From assembly GCA_965645245.1 (NCBI GenBank), contig OZ287080.1:1488001-1552000 (forward strand): a stretch of DNA of 64,000 nucleotides, read 5' to 3'. Positions within the stretch are counted from its first letter, which is position 1; each line of letters opens with the position of its first letter. The notes under the pieces were generated by a model. The model searched no databases. It was given only the letters and a program-made list of their open reading frames with translations, and was not told the DNA's origin. This document shows, one piece after another, positions 11,950 to 25,226 of this stretch. Both the position numbers and the translations under genes were made by a program. The stretch is from Massalongia carnosa (Eukaryota).

Positions 11950-14900
11950 ATTTTCCATCCCCAGACTGTCATGTTTCGATATGTCATTCCTTCACCAAAA
12001 AAATCGCCTCCGAAGATGAAACATAGCTAGCCGGCAGATGCTCTGTCACTTCATGATAGAAAACACGATTGCTTATCCTTTCTCTCTGTAAGGATAATCT
12101 CTAGACCCATCTATTGATTCGGCTTTGTCCCTCGCCTTTGTCGTTTTCGAGGAGGTGACTTGTTTATTAAGTCAATCAATGACACTTCTCTAGAGCTTTC
12201 TAAAGCTGCCTTCGCTTAGTTGACATGCTTTGTGTGTAAAGCTTCTTGCGCTCTCATAGTAGGTTTCAATATCCGTCCAGATCTAGATTTACGAGGTGAG
12301 ATCAGTGCCTGGTCACGTTCTTTACCTTTCTCTAGCATGCTTCAAATTTGCTCCTCCACTAGTATATTATCATCTTCCTGTCGTTCTTTCGCTAATGTAT
12401 TCTCGACTTCCTCTCTCACTTCCGATAATGCATCGTCTTTTTCGTACGGAAAGTCATCAGAATCATAGCCCACTGGTGTTCTCTCCCCTTCCGAAAGTGG
12501 TGTTGGCTCTCCTAATGGAATGCGTAGAGGAAGAGGACATCGTCTTTGAGGATACGTCCATAATGGGCGGGTGAACAACTTTTAAGAACTGAAGTATGCG
12601 ACGATGAAGCTGGAGCCATATGCTCGAAATGAGGAACGATAATTTGATACTGTCGCTCTGTCAGATATCTTCGACCCTGCTCTCAATGATTAGCCATGAA
12701 TTAATCTTAAGGTGAGTACGTACCTGTTAAGCATAAAGTATTCGTTTTTTGCGAGCATCTTCTTCGGCCGCCACTGAAAAGCGACGTTTGTAATTTCTAT
12801 GTCCCTGTAGTGTTCCAGCAAACGTCTGATTCATATCAAACCTTTGAAATTGTTTTAACTGTGCCTCGTCCATGTCTAATCATTCAATAGCCCAACGAGC
12901 ATAGTTCTTCTGCTCTTCCTTAGTCTTTTCCGATGAGTCTGTTACAATTGACGACGATTGAGATCGAGATGAGGAATTCATTTCACTCTCGAGGGTAATA
13001 TTTTTATCGCGATAAGATGTAAAACTCTTATCACTCTCGGTCGTAATATCTTCATCGTTTTGAGCCGAGAATCTGCGAGACCTAAAAACAAAAGAACGAT
13101 CACTGAATCCATCCCAGCACTTATGTCAGTATGAACACTCATACTGTCGCTCTCGCCGTCATGATTGCTGTCGCTATTAATGTCAATAGAGTCATTGTCA
13201 TTCTCTTTATCAACTTCATCTTCGTTGTGACTAGATTGAGAGATAGAAGCAGTTTTTGGTCTAATCGTGCTAAACCACTTTCGGAATGGAAGGGCATCCC
13301 TTAGTGCTTACCATCTCAATGACGCTTTGGGCTCAATGTCGTTTATTCCACCAACCATCCATCATCTTTGACACGTAAACAATCCACACCATGTCGTCCA
13401 ATTCCTATTATAAGCTCGAGAATCGAATCGTGGAATCGAGTCGATTAAAGAAGGTTGGTACTCCGATTGTGCCAAAGCTGCGCGTGCATACGACGTGCCC
13501 ATTCGAAAAGCACCCGTCCTAGCACCAACAAAGCTCTTACGGAGGAGCAAGAAGAGGCCATTCGCGAGTATATCGATCGCTGTGATCGATTCAATATGTG
13601 TGCCAGGCCGAGGATGATTGTGGGAGCTGCGAATTACCTGATTCGTTCGGAGAATCGAGAGGTGGGGCATCAGTGGTTGAAACGATTTCTTGAGCGAAAT
13701 CCTCAATACAACGTGCGCAAATAAAAGCCCCTGGCGGTGGATCGAAAAAACACTCACAGTTTGACGGACATGCGGAGTTATTTTACAAATTGGAGGCGGT
13801 TATGAGAGACAAGGGCGTCACCGAGACGGATGTTTGGAACATGGACGAAACAAGCTTTCGCATTGGCTGTGGAAGGGCTCAAATGGTGATTACCATGGAC
13901 CTGAAGAAGCCTTTGCGAATGACAGACCCGGACAATCGTGATTATATCACGTCGGTGGAGTGTATAAGCTCTAGGGGAGTGGTAAATTCCCCTTTGCTCA
14001 TTATTTCAGGGGTACAGATTTTGCATAAATGGTGTCAGGAAAATGATTTACACGATGACACCTTAATTGGCACCAGTGACACCGGTTATTCAAATGATGA
14101 TTCAGCTATGGACTGGTTGAATCACTTCATCGAGCATACCAAGAACAAAAGACAGGGTGCTTGGCTGTTGTTGATCATTGACGGTTTTGGATCGCATATG
14201 ACCATCCCATTCTTTGAAGTAGCCACTGTCAATAAAATTGTTTTGTTTCGATTACTAGCCCATTCCACTCATCTTACTCAGCCATTGGACGTAGGTGTTT
14301 TTCAACCGTTCAAACATTATCACACTGAGGCTATAGACCGAGCTGTTCGGCTCGGAGACTCTCAGTTTGGTAAGCTGGAATTTCTCGCTGCTTTCCAGGG
14401 ATTTCGAAACGAGACGTTCAAACCGTCCACCATCCGTCATGCGTTTAGATCAACCGGAATCGTACCGTTCGATCCAAACGTTGTCCTGGATAAAATCCGA
14501 GAAAAGGAGGCCCAATTGATGGAGTCAGCCATCAGAACACCCTCCCCACCTCCCCTTCCATTAAATCAACGCACGCCTCGAGGACCTGGTTCAGTTGTTC
14601 GGTACGGTCAAAAGTTTCAGAAAGCCATTGCCAGGACAGGGCCCGGTGATAGGCTGGAGATTCAACAAGTTGAACGTTTCGTTCGTGGCTCAGTGGCCTC
14701 TGCCTATGCTCTGGATTTGGCTAGTTACCCGAGACCTTCATGCCATGCAGGAAGCAGCTTCATCACGTCAGAAACGGGCCGCTCTCGGTGGACAGGTGGC
14801 CTCACAAGGTGGAATAATCAAAGTGAGTCAGTGCAGAGAGCTTTGTTCGAAAAGAAAGCAGAAGGAGGAGGAAAAGGCTGGACGGAAGAAGGCTAGGGAG

Positions 14901-16395
14901 GAGAATGGGGCCGAGAAAAAAAAACATTCACAGCTGAATCAAATAGCCTTTCTCATCAACGACACACCTTTGGTAGAGTAGTCAATTCCCTACGTATAAA
15001 AAGTGAAACATTCAAAATCGGAGTTGTTTTGATGTTGTTATGAATTGTTCAAAGAATAGGTGGTAAAATCGACGACATTGAGCCCAAAGCGTCATTAAGC
15101 ACTAAGGGATGCCTTTCCATTCCGAAAGTGGTTTAGCACGATTAGCAGACATCTTTACCAAGCTAGGTCTAGTTGTAGTCATATCAATTGCCCAGTGCTA
15201 CCATTCCGCCTGTTGCAGTCACAGTTCCAACATGACCGACATAAAGCGACATTGTTGATGATTCGGCCGTAGTGAGATTGAACGAGACATAAGTATGCAG
15301 AAATGATGGACGAAGGTATGCACAAATAAGTCTCGAGTTAATACTAGATAGCCTGAGTGTCACGTAATCCAAATGCCTTGTTTAAGCATTCTATGGAGTT
15401 TCATTGGCCTATAGCACTTAAAGCAGAAAGTTATAGAGCTGTAATTAATAGTTTCAGTCACTCCGCCTATGATTGACCCCCCGATATCGCACGATCATCG
15501 GGCTACAGATATCTAGTCGCTTGTTTTTATCGCCGTAATCGTGTCTTCTTTCTTGTCTTTACTCTTCTTGACAAAGCGAAGCCGAAATCTTCACCTCCTA
15601 GTTGTTCCAAAGCCCCTTCTTCAGTGCGTACCTTGTATCCCATGTGTTTCTGGATCCATCAGTTTTCGGCTTTAGGTTCTCAACACGCTCGTTCCTTCCC
15701 CGCTAACTTCCCAGCTGTTCGGAACCACCTCAATCTGCGAATATCACTCCAAAATCCACCATCTAGTCCCTTCACATTTAGATCGAGTCCATCTTGAACA
15801 AGCTACTTACATTAGGCATTAGCTCACCCCTGAGGAAATTATCGTTTTCGGTAGTTGATGATCAAGGAATGCTCGTCTTTGGAAAGTGGTATAAGTTTCG
15901 CCTTGGTGTTGGCCAGGGAAACTTCGACAATCTATTCCGGGACGGACGCGCTCTCATTTCCAGTTTTATGATAAACCATATAGAGTTCCGTGATGGGAGT
16001 CCGATGGAGTCTGATAGGGTCAAACGTATTGGTAACTTAAATTCAACCCCAGACTAACACGATGCAGAAATGAGCATGATCGAAAATATCCATAAAGATA
16101 TGATCGTAGTAAATGCTCCACAGTAGGAAAATTGCTCTCCTGCCTCGTAAGCGGTAAGAAAGCCACACAACTGCCCAGCACGCTGTCAAACTCCTCGGTT
16201 CCCTTTCGGATAACCCTGCAAGGGTTCATGAAAGGGACCTGAGATTATTGTTAGCCATTCCGTTTTTTTGGATGACTGGCTTGTTCTGGGAGATGAAATG
16301 TTTTCATCTTAAATCGTTTATGAAGCAAAGTAGAGCATTACCAGTCCTAGCAGGGATCGAATGCCTGGCAAAATTGGAGACCATGCACTGAAGAA
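11950..16395 (-). pseudogene. Decayed multi-exon gene of unknown family, split by the Fot1-like insertion
   Basis: Long frame with scattered stops. Removing 13264-15144 restores MTTTRPSLVKMSAR|PKTASISQSSHNEDEVDKE. Acidic low-complexity segments and intron-like GT..CTAAC/CTAAT..AG stretches. Ends are approximate. Confidence 0.5.
13264..15142 (+). mobile_element. Fot1/pogo-family DNA transposon, full length, with a frameshifted transposase (13391-14981)
   Basis: TA duplication at 13262-63 and 15143-44. TIRs 13264-13342 / 15072-15142 (one mismatch, 8-nt indel). Motifs WNMDETSFRIG, LLIIDGFGSH, HSTHLTQPLDVGVFQPFKH. Stop at 13722 plus frameshifts. Confidence 0.95.
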
Positions 16396-17227
16396 GATTT
16401 TGAACGTAGGACGAATGCGACAAGGGAAGAAATACTGAAGAAGGAGAGGGTTAAGTTGATCATACAAAATGAATAAGTATTATCTTGTATCCGCTGATTT
16501 TGTTGTAACTCAAAAAGAAGGCAAAAAAAAGGCTCAAACTTATCTCTAACGTCCTTGAAACCGGTTTTGTTTATATAAGGGCAAAAGAGTTGCGTATTAC
16601 AAGGACAGCCAAAGGATCAGAGTGCTTAACAGCCTCCGACAAAAGAAGGATCTATAAACCCACCAAATAGTATCTAACCATAGAGATAAAAATGTTTAAT
16701 TAAAGCATAGATCTTGAAAGTAGATAGGTTGAGAATTGAGTTCCCCGTTGAATCTCCCCAATCCACGACTCCGCTTCTACAATGCTTCATGAGCCAACCA
16801 GGCAGAAGTCCTTTTCGCACACAACGTCCGGATTTTCTGCCAAAGCCGCAATGAGGATGGCAGTGAACCAGGCTCTTAGAGTCAGAGCACTGAGTGGCAG
16901 AGTTGATAGGGCGTCGGTTCTCCCCTTGCATATGCAGCATTTTAACTTTCATTTATATCTACCGGTGGTGCATCGTAACTCTGATAAGATATATGACGAG
17001 ATGTTCTCAACCAGTGCTCGACGAAAAACTTATTCTCTAGTAGGCTTAACATAGAAAATCTTCCGGAACAACTATCCTATAACAACGGAGATTCTCCCAG
17101 AGCTTTGCCACTGGCCAGGAGAATTTAGTAAAATTAGCAACAAAAACTATAAAGGCCAGGTTTGGAATAGTTTAAGCAAGCGATATGTCAGAACCGGAAT
17201 GAAGAATCCGTTCAGCGACGCTGTATG

Positions 17228-17253
17228 TATTCGTATTCGTATTCGTATTCGTA
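17228..17253. repeat. (TATTCG)4 microsatellite
   Basis: Directly visible. Confidence 0.85.
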
Positions 17254-17677
17254 GGATTTTGGGAATACCTTCGCATTAACACATTTTGCCTTTTGCATAT
17301 TTGCTTTTACAATCGTTTCTGCAGACACGGTGTTTCCGTTTCCTCTGAAATTCTCTTGATGGTATTAATTCTGATAAGCATTTTGAGTCTTTCACATCAC
17401 CCATTTTCCCATGCGTCCCAGTAGTGTAATGTTTGAAGGGGGTTGATTCCTACTTCGAAACATCTGTAACTATTGACATTGATACTCAATACCTTTAATC
17501 ACGCTAGAAAGTAGTTTCTCGGGCGCTAGGAACTGTAATATTCCTTTAGAATCTCCTTAGGCGCGTCGCTGGATTCTTCAGCTATCAAGACGGATTAGGA
17601 TTTGTCGTCCTGCAATCTAGCATTGAAGGAAAAGGCTTCAATCGACATAGTCTAAACGCTTGGTTTCATTGGGAAAA

Positions 17678-19490
17678 ATGGGTTCGAACGATCGCATGAG
17701 TACGGAGGTAAGAGCGTGTTTTCCGTTAGAAATGTGTTGTTCAAGCTTGGTCTGTTGAGCCCGTTCGTATTGCTTGGTACGCTACCCGTCCAACTTGCAA
17801 AGCCCCTTTATGCTTCAGTTCCTTTACTCTTCTTTGTGATATTTGGGATTTCATGCCAAGTTGTTTGCGTCGGATAATCGTACTATAAGCATGGCGAGAT
17901 GCTACAGGTGTCAATAGATGCAGCGGCTTATCATAACATGATACTATTTTAAATGGTACTCTGCGTTGTTTTCTTCCTGCTAAGGCACAGATGATCTCTT
18001 ATTGGATTTTAATGGTAGCTTCATGCTTTAGCTTCTGGCTCGTGTATCTTTTTTCTTCGGGTTGTGGGTCATTAGACCTACGACAGGCTGCTTTTTTGCT
18101 AGTGTCTGGATTCTTGCGATACAGAAACGCCGAGACAAGATTCAGCTAAAATTCACAACATAGGGTTCCGTTGACAAGGGCCTTAATGTCGGTCCACAGT
18201 CCACGGTTGCGGTTAAAACTCTCAGCGTAAATACAAAATCAAAAGTATCCGACAAACTCCTTGGCGCAGGTAAGCAGGTCACGACAGAAGACCATTCGAA
18301 ACCAAGATCTATTTCCGATATTTCTACCAGCAATGGGACCACTGAGCCTGCCGACATCATTCCAATTGAGCATAAGCCACGCCTATTACTGATGGGTCTC
18401 AAACGGTATGATATCATACACAGCAACTGTAGGACTATGCTAAGGCGGACCTGCTTTAGAAGCGGGAAATCCTCAATATCTAATGTAGTATTCCATAAGA
18501 TGGCACCGCATGAAACATTGTTTCTGGAGGCTACGACTACTATCAAGAAAGAATCAATGCAGTAAGCATGTAAACTTCTCGCTCTTCTGCCAAAACTAAG
18601 ACCATAGTTCTTTCATGGATTTCCAAGTCTGGGATTTACCAGGACAAATTGACTATCTCGACCCTTATTTCGATGCAGATAGCATTTTCGGCGGTGTTGG
18701 CGCTATGATCTGGGTTCTTGACGCTCAGGATAGCTACATGGAAGCCATCGGACGGCTAACAGAGACGATTTTACATTTGCAGCAATCCTACGTGGACATT
18801 AAATACACTGTCTTCATTCACAAAACCGATTCTCTTACAGATGATTACCGCCAAGACACCGTCCAGGAAATAATCCAACGTATCACAGACGACCTGTACG
18901 ATGCTGGCTTGGAGAACCCGCCGATCAGTTTCTATCCTACCTCTATTTACGATCACAGTATCTTTGAAGCGTTCAGCAAAGTTATTCAAGGACTCGTTCC
19001 CCAACTTCCTACGTTTGAAGCGCTCCTGAATACCATTACCGGGACTTGCAGATTTGAGAAGGTGTACCTCTTCGACGTATTGAGCAAGATCTACATCGCA
19101 TCCGACACCACTCCTGTCCACCTCTCCGCGTACGAGCTGTGTTCCGACTTCATCGATGGCATAGTGGACTTGTCCGAGATATGGGGGTGGGATCGAGAGA
19201 GATGCGAGGACGATAGCGAGTGGACGAAAGATTTGAGTTCTCAAAGCGCAGAGGCATTCGTCACCAGTATCCAGGGATACAACATCTATTTACGGGAGAT
19301 CAACACGTAAGTCGTGCCGGATTTTGTCCAAAAATCTGAGGCGCGCCGAATGAAGTGCTGACATGACTCTAGATATCTGGCGTTCATCGGACTCTCTCGC
19401 GAGCCCAAGTTCGAAACGGAAAAGGCACTTATTGACTACAACACTGAGATCTTTCAAGATGCTCTACTGAAAGTATTCAACACGCCGTGA
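17678..19490 (+). CDS. GTR2: Rag GTPase Gtr2/RagC (first exon uncertain; confident exons from 18164)
   Basis: KPRLLLMGLKR|SGKSSISNVVFHKM, FQVWDLPGQIDY, VFIHKTDSL, YLFDVLSKIYIASD; GT-AG introns; stop TGA at 19488-90. Candidate exon 1 is 17678-17707 (MGSNDRMSTE|gtaaga), in the correct phase. Confidence 0.9.
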
Positions 19491-20566
19491 GAAGCGGACT
19501 TGGGCTGGAGCGGCCAATTTAATAATAATGAATAGTAGGCTGTAACGATTAGCCATGCACAGGGTAAGGGAGGCTTGGAAGGCAGGATAAATTTTTTCTG
19601 TAACAATAACGGCGAGCAAGCTCTCCCGGCGTTCGGGGGGACTTGCGTGGGAAATAATCTATTATTTGGGGCACAGATATCGCATGTGCTAAAAAGTGGA
19701 AGATTTTGCACTCCGAGTCAGCGCAAAGACCAGGGGATATTGCCGATGAAGTTTGGGATGCTGAATCGTGAGGCAAATCCGGTTTTCACAGTACTTCAGC
19801 CCCAATCGCATTCCTTTTCTTGACATTGTACACATCTCCAGACCCCATCCCACGAACCCAAAGGCTTAAGCCCCCCAGTCCAGTCTGGACGCAACTCTTT
19901 CTCAGTAATGACCTTTCTATTAACCAAACCACCGCTTTGCATAATGCATACCAAGCACGCAATTTTAAAGCAGTATGGATACATGGAGCATAGAAATACC
20001 CTGTGGTCAAGACTGCGTCCGATCTCCAATGTTGAATAGTTGCCTGCGCCAAGGTTCTCAACTGGGCTCAACGTCGTTCCGGGCTTTGTATGCGTCTCTC
20101 ATACAAATCGAGAAAACTCCATGTTAACAAAAATCAACAATGTAACGAGATAAAATAAGTCCTTTTCGTTTTGCAACTTTACTAAACTATCGATTCGAAA
20201 TTTTAAATCGTGTTCGTTTTATGTTGCAGGTACATAAAATTGAACTGATAAAGGTGTTCTGTTTCAATGTACGAGTACATACATACTCCGTAGAAAAGAC
20301 GCTGAAATCCCCTTTTAAGAAGAATTGAAATTAATAATAATAATAATAATTTTTTGGATATTCCTTTACTCGTAGTTATCACGATCAGTTATATGAAAAA
20401 TATCAATATCATATTGTGCCGTTGTTTAATCTGCTGTGCAAAATCCGGAACTACATTGAGCCCATAGCATCATTGAGCTGGTAAGCACTAGTTAAGGGAT
20501 GTCCTTCCATTCGATTATCCCGAATCCAGCGAATCCGATCCCACTCACACCACGACTACGACCATA

Positions 20567-21522
20567 ATGACATCTCCACCCTCACCACCACCAATCCTCC
20601 GCTCCCGGCACCCCCCTCCCCCCTCCTCTCCGCCAAATACTGCTTCACCACGCGTCCCCTCACCATCCCCCACCACCCAAGACTCCTCAACCCGGCTCTC
20701 AGCCCTCGACATCCTCCGCCTCCTCGGCGGGCTCGTGCTCCTCTCGGCAATCCTCTCCTACCTCGTCACAGGCAACTCCCTCCTCTGGAACCAGCGCCCA
20801 ACACTCACGCGGCCCGCGCGGCTGAAAGCATGGCTTGTACGATTTTTGCCCTTATCAATTTCCTTGGCTATCTGCTTTTTCCACCCAACCCCCCCCTCCC
20901 CTCCCTATCTATCCTACCCACTTATGCTAACAACTCCTCCCCCACGGGCAAAAAACTCAATTAGCGCGGTCCCCTCTCCCTCACCCCCTCCGAGCTCTCC
21001 CTCTACAACGGCACCGCGGCCGACCTGCCTATCTATCTTGCGCTGAACGGCAGCATCTACGACGTGTCGGCCTCGCGGCACACGTACGGCCCGGGCGGCT
21101 CGTACCATTTCTTCGCGGGGCGCGACGCCACGCGGGCGTTCGTGACGGGATGTTTCACCGAGGACCTGACGGGCGATTTGAGGGGGGTGGAGGAGATGTT
21201 CATGCCTGTTGATGAGGAGGGGGAGGGGGAGGGGGGTTGGGAGGTAGGGGAAAGGGAGAGGGGAAGGGTTGGAGGGGAGGAAGTCAGGAAGGAACAGCGG
21301 CGGAATATGAAGTTGAGGAGGGAGAGGGAGCGCAGGGAGGCGAGGAAGAGGGTGTGGGAGGCGGTCGAGGGCTGGCGGAAGGTGTTTGATGGGGGGAAAG
21401 GGGGGAAGTATTTCCGTGTGGGCTGGGTGGTGGGGGCGGAGTGGGGGGAGCGGAGGGAGCTGTGCGAGAAGGCGAGGAAAGCGCGGCCGGAAAGGAAGGC
21501 GATGGAGGAAGAGGGGAAGTGA
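20567..21522 (+). CDS. Cytochrome b5-like heme/steroid-binding (MAPR family) membrane protein; intron 20837-20964
   Basis: N-terminal TM segment, then LSLYNGT...PIYLALNGSIYDVS..YGPGGSYHFFAGRDATRAFVTGCF. Confidence 0.9.
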
Positions 21523-21751
21523 TGCCGGTGGAAATATGAATGGGAGATCTCTGGCGTAAGGACGCTATTTGCAATTGGGGTTATGTTGTTGATTGGAAAG
21601 CAAGTTGGATAACGTTGGGTTTTATGTCATGATAGGTCTGAAAGTTTCTGTAAATGGTAATTGAAGCATCTGAACTCCTCCAGCTCACAAAACCCCCACT
21701 TCTCCACCACGCACCCACCATCCACTCTCCCTCTATCCACCATCCATCCGT

Positions 21752-22442
21752 CTACTCCGCCGCCGTGACCGCCCTCGCTAGAACAAAAAGTTAGCCCCCC
21801 CCAAAAAACCTTTATTCCCGTTGAATCTTATTCCACGCTAAACCCTCCTTTCTTCCCGGCAACCCCTGCTCCTCCCAAAAACCTTTCCCAAGAAGCGCAA
21901 AAAGCCAACCCCAAAACACCAAAGACAGCGGGAATAAAAAACCTACTGTAAATGCTCAACTTGCTATGCCCCACCACCTTCTTGATCTGGCCCTTCTCCT
22001 CCAGATCCTTCAGCGCCTGTCGCGCCAGGCTGCCGTTGATCTTAAGCCGGTCTACTAGCGTCGCGACGGTGATGAGCCGGTACGACTGCACGTCTTTGTA
22101 GAGCTTGTCGGAGGTTGCCTTGTCTAGCAGGACGGCGTGGTTGGCTTTGTCCTTGACTGCGTTTTTGGACAGGGGATGGGCGTTAGTGTTTTATTTTGTT
22201 GGGGGGAAGGTTGGGGCGGAAAAGCAATCGGAGGAGGGAAGGGGGAAAAGGGTGGAGGAGTGATGATAGGGAAAAGGGGATAGGAGGGTACCTTTTCCTT
22301 TAGACCACTTCTTCTTTTGCTTCTTGCCTGCTGCGGCTGCTGCTGCGGGAGCCTGTCACGGTTCACATATTCGTTAGTGCCTTTGCTTTGTAAGAGAGAG
22401 CGACTTTGTGCGATGCGATGAGTCCGGTATCCTGCTCACCAT
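21752..22442 (-). CDS. RPS25: 40S ribosomal protein S25 (eS25), 4 exons
   Basis: ATG|gtgagc; APAAAAAGKKQKKKWSKGK|VKDKANHAVLLDK...YRLITVATLVDRLKINGSLARQAL...IY|TRAVTAAE*. Confidence 0.97.
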
Positions 22443-22922
22443 GACTGTAGATTAGGCAGTTGAAAGGGAGGGGGGTTCGATGATTGGGCGTTAGGATGAT
22501 ATGGAGGCAATGGGGTTTGAATACTCAATGTGGGTGTAACTAAGCGAAGCTAAACCGGTTTTGGAAGATTGGCTGGGGAGGGATTATGGAGCCCTAACGT
22601 GGATTCTTAGGTTTGAGGGGGTGGAAGGTATTGGGACACTAAGATTAGGCTCTTGACAGGACAAAGGTAGTCGAGGGACACAAAAGCAGTCACTGCTAAA
22701 AAATAAGCGCGTTTCTTTCGTACAACTACATCTTGTCAGCTCCTTGACATATATGGACCCCCCTGATATAGGCAACTGGCCCTGTTTTCCCTGGCCTTGT
22801 CCATCAATCATCTTCCTTCGTTCCTTGACAAAAAGATGCATATCTACATCGGCGTTCGCTCATCCTCATCCGATAGATCGAGAGTCTGCTCGGTTGGAGA
22901 AATTTTTGAGGGGAGTTTCATT

Positions 22923-25043
22923 CTAATTGCCAAACATATTGCCCGTCACCGGTGCGCTATGCTCCCCACGCACTTTCCTCATGTGCCCTCGCGATAATAA
23001 AGCGAGTTTAAACTTCGTCGCCATCGTCATCATGGATAAGGTACCAATTCTCCCACCACGCTTTTTCCATTCATAAGGGCCCAAAAACTGCGACCAAGCC
23101 TTCTCTCCGAGCACCTTCCTCACCAAGGCGCGTTGTGCAATCACGGGACCATAACTCGGGTCATTGACTTCCGCGAGCAATTCTTCTGGTTTACCTCTGC
23201 CGAGAGGGCGGCACTTCACCGTCATACTTTCGATCTGGAACTTTTCGGTAATATCGGGGTAGGTGCTGAAGAGGTACACTGACCAGATCATGAAGGTAAG
23301 ATCTAGCCGAATGAGTTTCAGGCCCACCTTGCGTGCTTGAATATGTCGAAAGATAGTGCGTGCAGCTGATCGAGCTGTCTCTGAATTTAGGATGTCAAGA
23401 TCTAGCGGGTTAATCTCGAGCTGTAAATTTAAGTATCGCAAGCTGGCAAACCCTCCAAGTGCCTCGAAAATATCATATGGCTAAAGACATAGTTGGGATA
23501 AGCTCAAATCTTACGATGCTAAGAAATTAAAAAAATAAAGAATACTAACCCATTCAGCCTGATCCATCATCCCACGCTCACCCAGGTCAAGACTTACCGT
23601 GGACTGTTGGAAACAGCCACAAGCTGGAGGATCCGCCTCTTCAAGCAGCCCTATTTGTCTTGATTGAACATTGAAATCCCTTAAGCAAACGTCTGATTGG
23701 TGGCTAAGAGCACTTAAGGAACTGTCGTTATTTATCAACAACCTTGAGATTGGAGCTTGTGCAGGGAAAAGCCTTGATAGGTTAGGAATCTTGAGTAGGC
23801 CCAGCCCATCGACAACATCCACAAAGCCTGTGGCTGAAGGCAACCCGCGCCAACTGCTTATGCAACTTAGATATACGGTGAACGACCGATGGTTAGCATT
23901 TTGGTTAGAGTATGTTGCCAGATCTCTCACACACTGTGGACGACTAGGACGCAAAGCAAACAAGTCTTTTTGTACCCATATATTACAGAAGTTTTTTAAT
24001 GCGTCGTGTTCTTGTTTTTTAAAGGGCATGGCAAGAGATAGCTCGACCCATTTCCTAAAAACATGGAAGTCTTCATAGTATGATAAGTCGAGCAAGTATA
24101 GACTTAGTTTTTGAAGGCTTGAATTCCTTGAACTATCGACATAAAGGCCGGGATACCAGCTGATGCGAAGAAGCTGCTAAATCTCTCAATCTGAGGCACT
24201 ACAGCTGCTAAAGAGAAAATTATAGGCGAGGCGAGCAATTGCGAATCTGATTCTGTGTTCTACCATAACAGTACGCCGTTGGCTTGTCCAGGTAGAGCTT
24301 CAGCTGGGGTGAGTATTGCTCCAGGGTAGTTAGTAGAGAACCCGGTATGGGATGCTTGTCAAGCCATCTGATCTGAATTAGTCTTTGTCTTTCGTCTGTT
24401 TGAATGAGGTCAACGGAAAAGCGTTGCGAGGGATAAATCTATATTACATCGCTTGTAAATCCTTAAGCAAATTAAGCAAACCTGTCGGACATAAACAGCT
24501 CCCCAAGCTTTCAACAAAAACACAGAAACTCCAAGATTTTTCATTTTTAAGAGCAGAACATATATCGCCTTACATACCTGAAGCGCTCCAACCTCCGCAG
24601 CTTAGGAATAGCCACCTCTAGAAGCCGACATCTTTCCCCGAATCTCCCCCCGCCAATGTCCAAAACACTGATCTCCCTCACATACTTCCCAAAACCAATC
24701 TTCCGAGCACTACCTAGCTGGCCAAGAATTCTCTCCACTTGCTTTCGCCTCTTCCAAAAATCGATCCGGAGAGAGCGATAAACGTAGGGGTTGGCAAGCT
24801 CGTGGCAGGAGCGAGACGCGAGCCTGAAGGCTCGGAGACTGTCAAAGAAGAGTTCATCTAGCTACATAGAACGCGATCGACGGGGTTGTTGTCAGAACTT
24901 TGGAAAGGCGATGATGGATGGAAGTAGTTATGCAAATTGCGCAGATTGCTTACTCCCTCAAGGATGAGACATCCGAGCTCGGTGGGGAGGTTTTCGAGCG
25001 CTCTTCTCTGGTGGGCAGAACTGTAACGTGAAGAATAAAACAT
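22923..25043 (-). CDS. F-box-like protein with an LRR-like C-terminal region; splicing partly unresolved, could be a pseudogene
   Basis: ALENLPTELGCLILE|..DSLRAFRLASRSCHELANPYVYRSLRI, KYVREISV, IPKLRRLERFR, WLDKHPIPGSLL. Several exon-sized ORFs bounded by GT/AG. Start not fixed. Confidence 0.55.
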
Positions 25044-25226
25044 GAATGGGGAAGGTGCCGAAGTACGAAGTAGTCATGACGATACAAAGAAAAGGGCTGG
25101 GTAAGTGAACTCGCAGCCTGATGACTTTGGAGTTGGCTAGTCACATACTCTGTAAGGCTGCAGTAAGCTAAATTCACGCTTCCCGTCGTGCCGTCCTAAC
25201 CTAGTTCCCGCCACTCTTAATTCAAC

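Noticed and set aside
19537..19590. AGGCTGTAAC resembling the fungal SRP RNA 5' end
   Set aside because: The match to GCTGTAATGGC is partial, there is no helix-8 motif at the right distance, and it lies within the probable GTR2 3' UTR.
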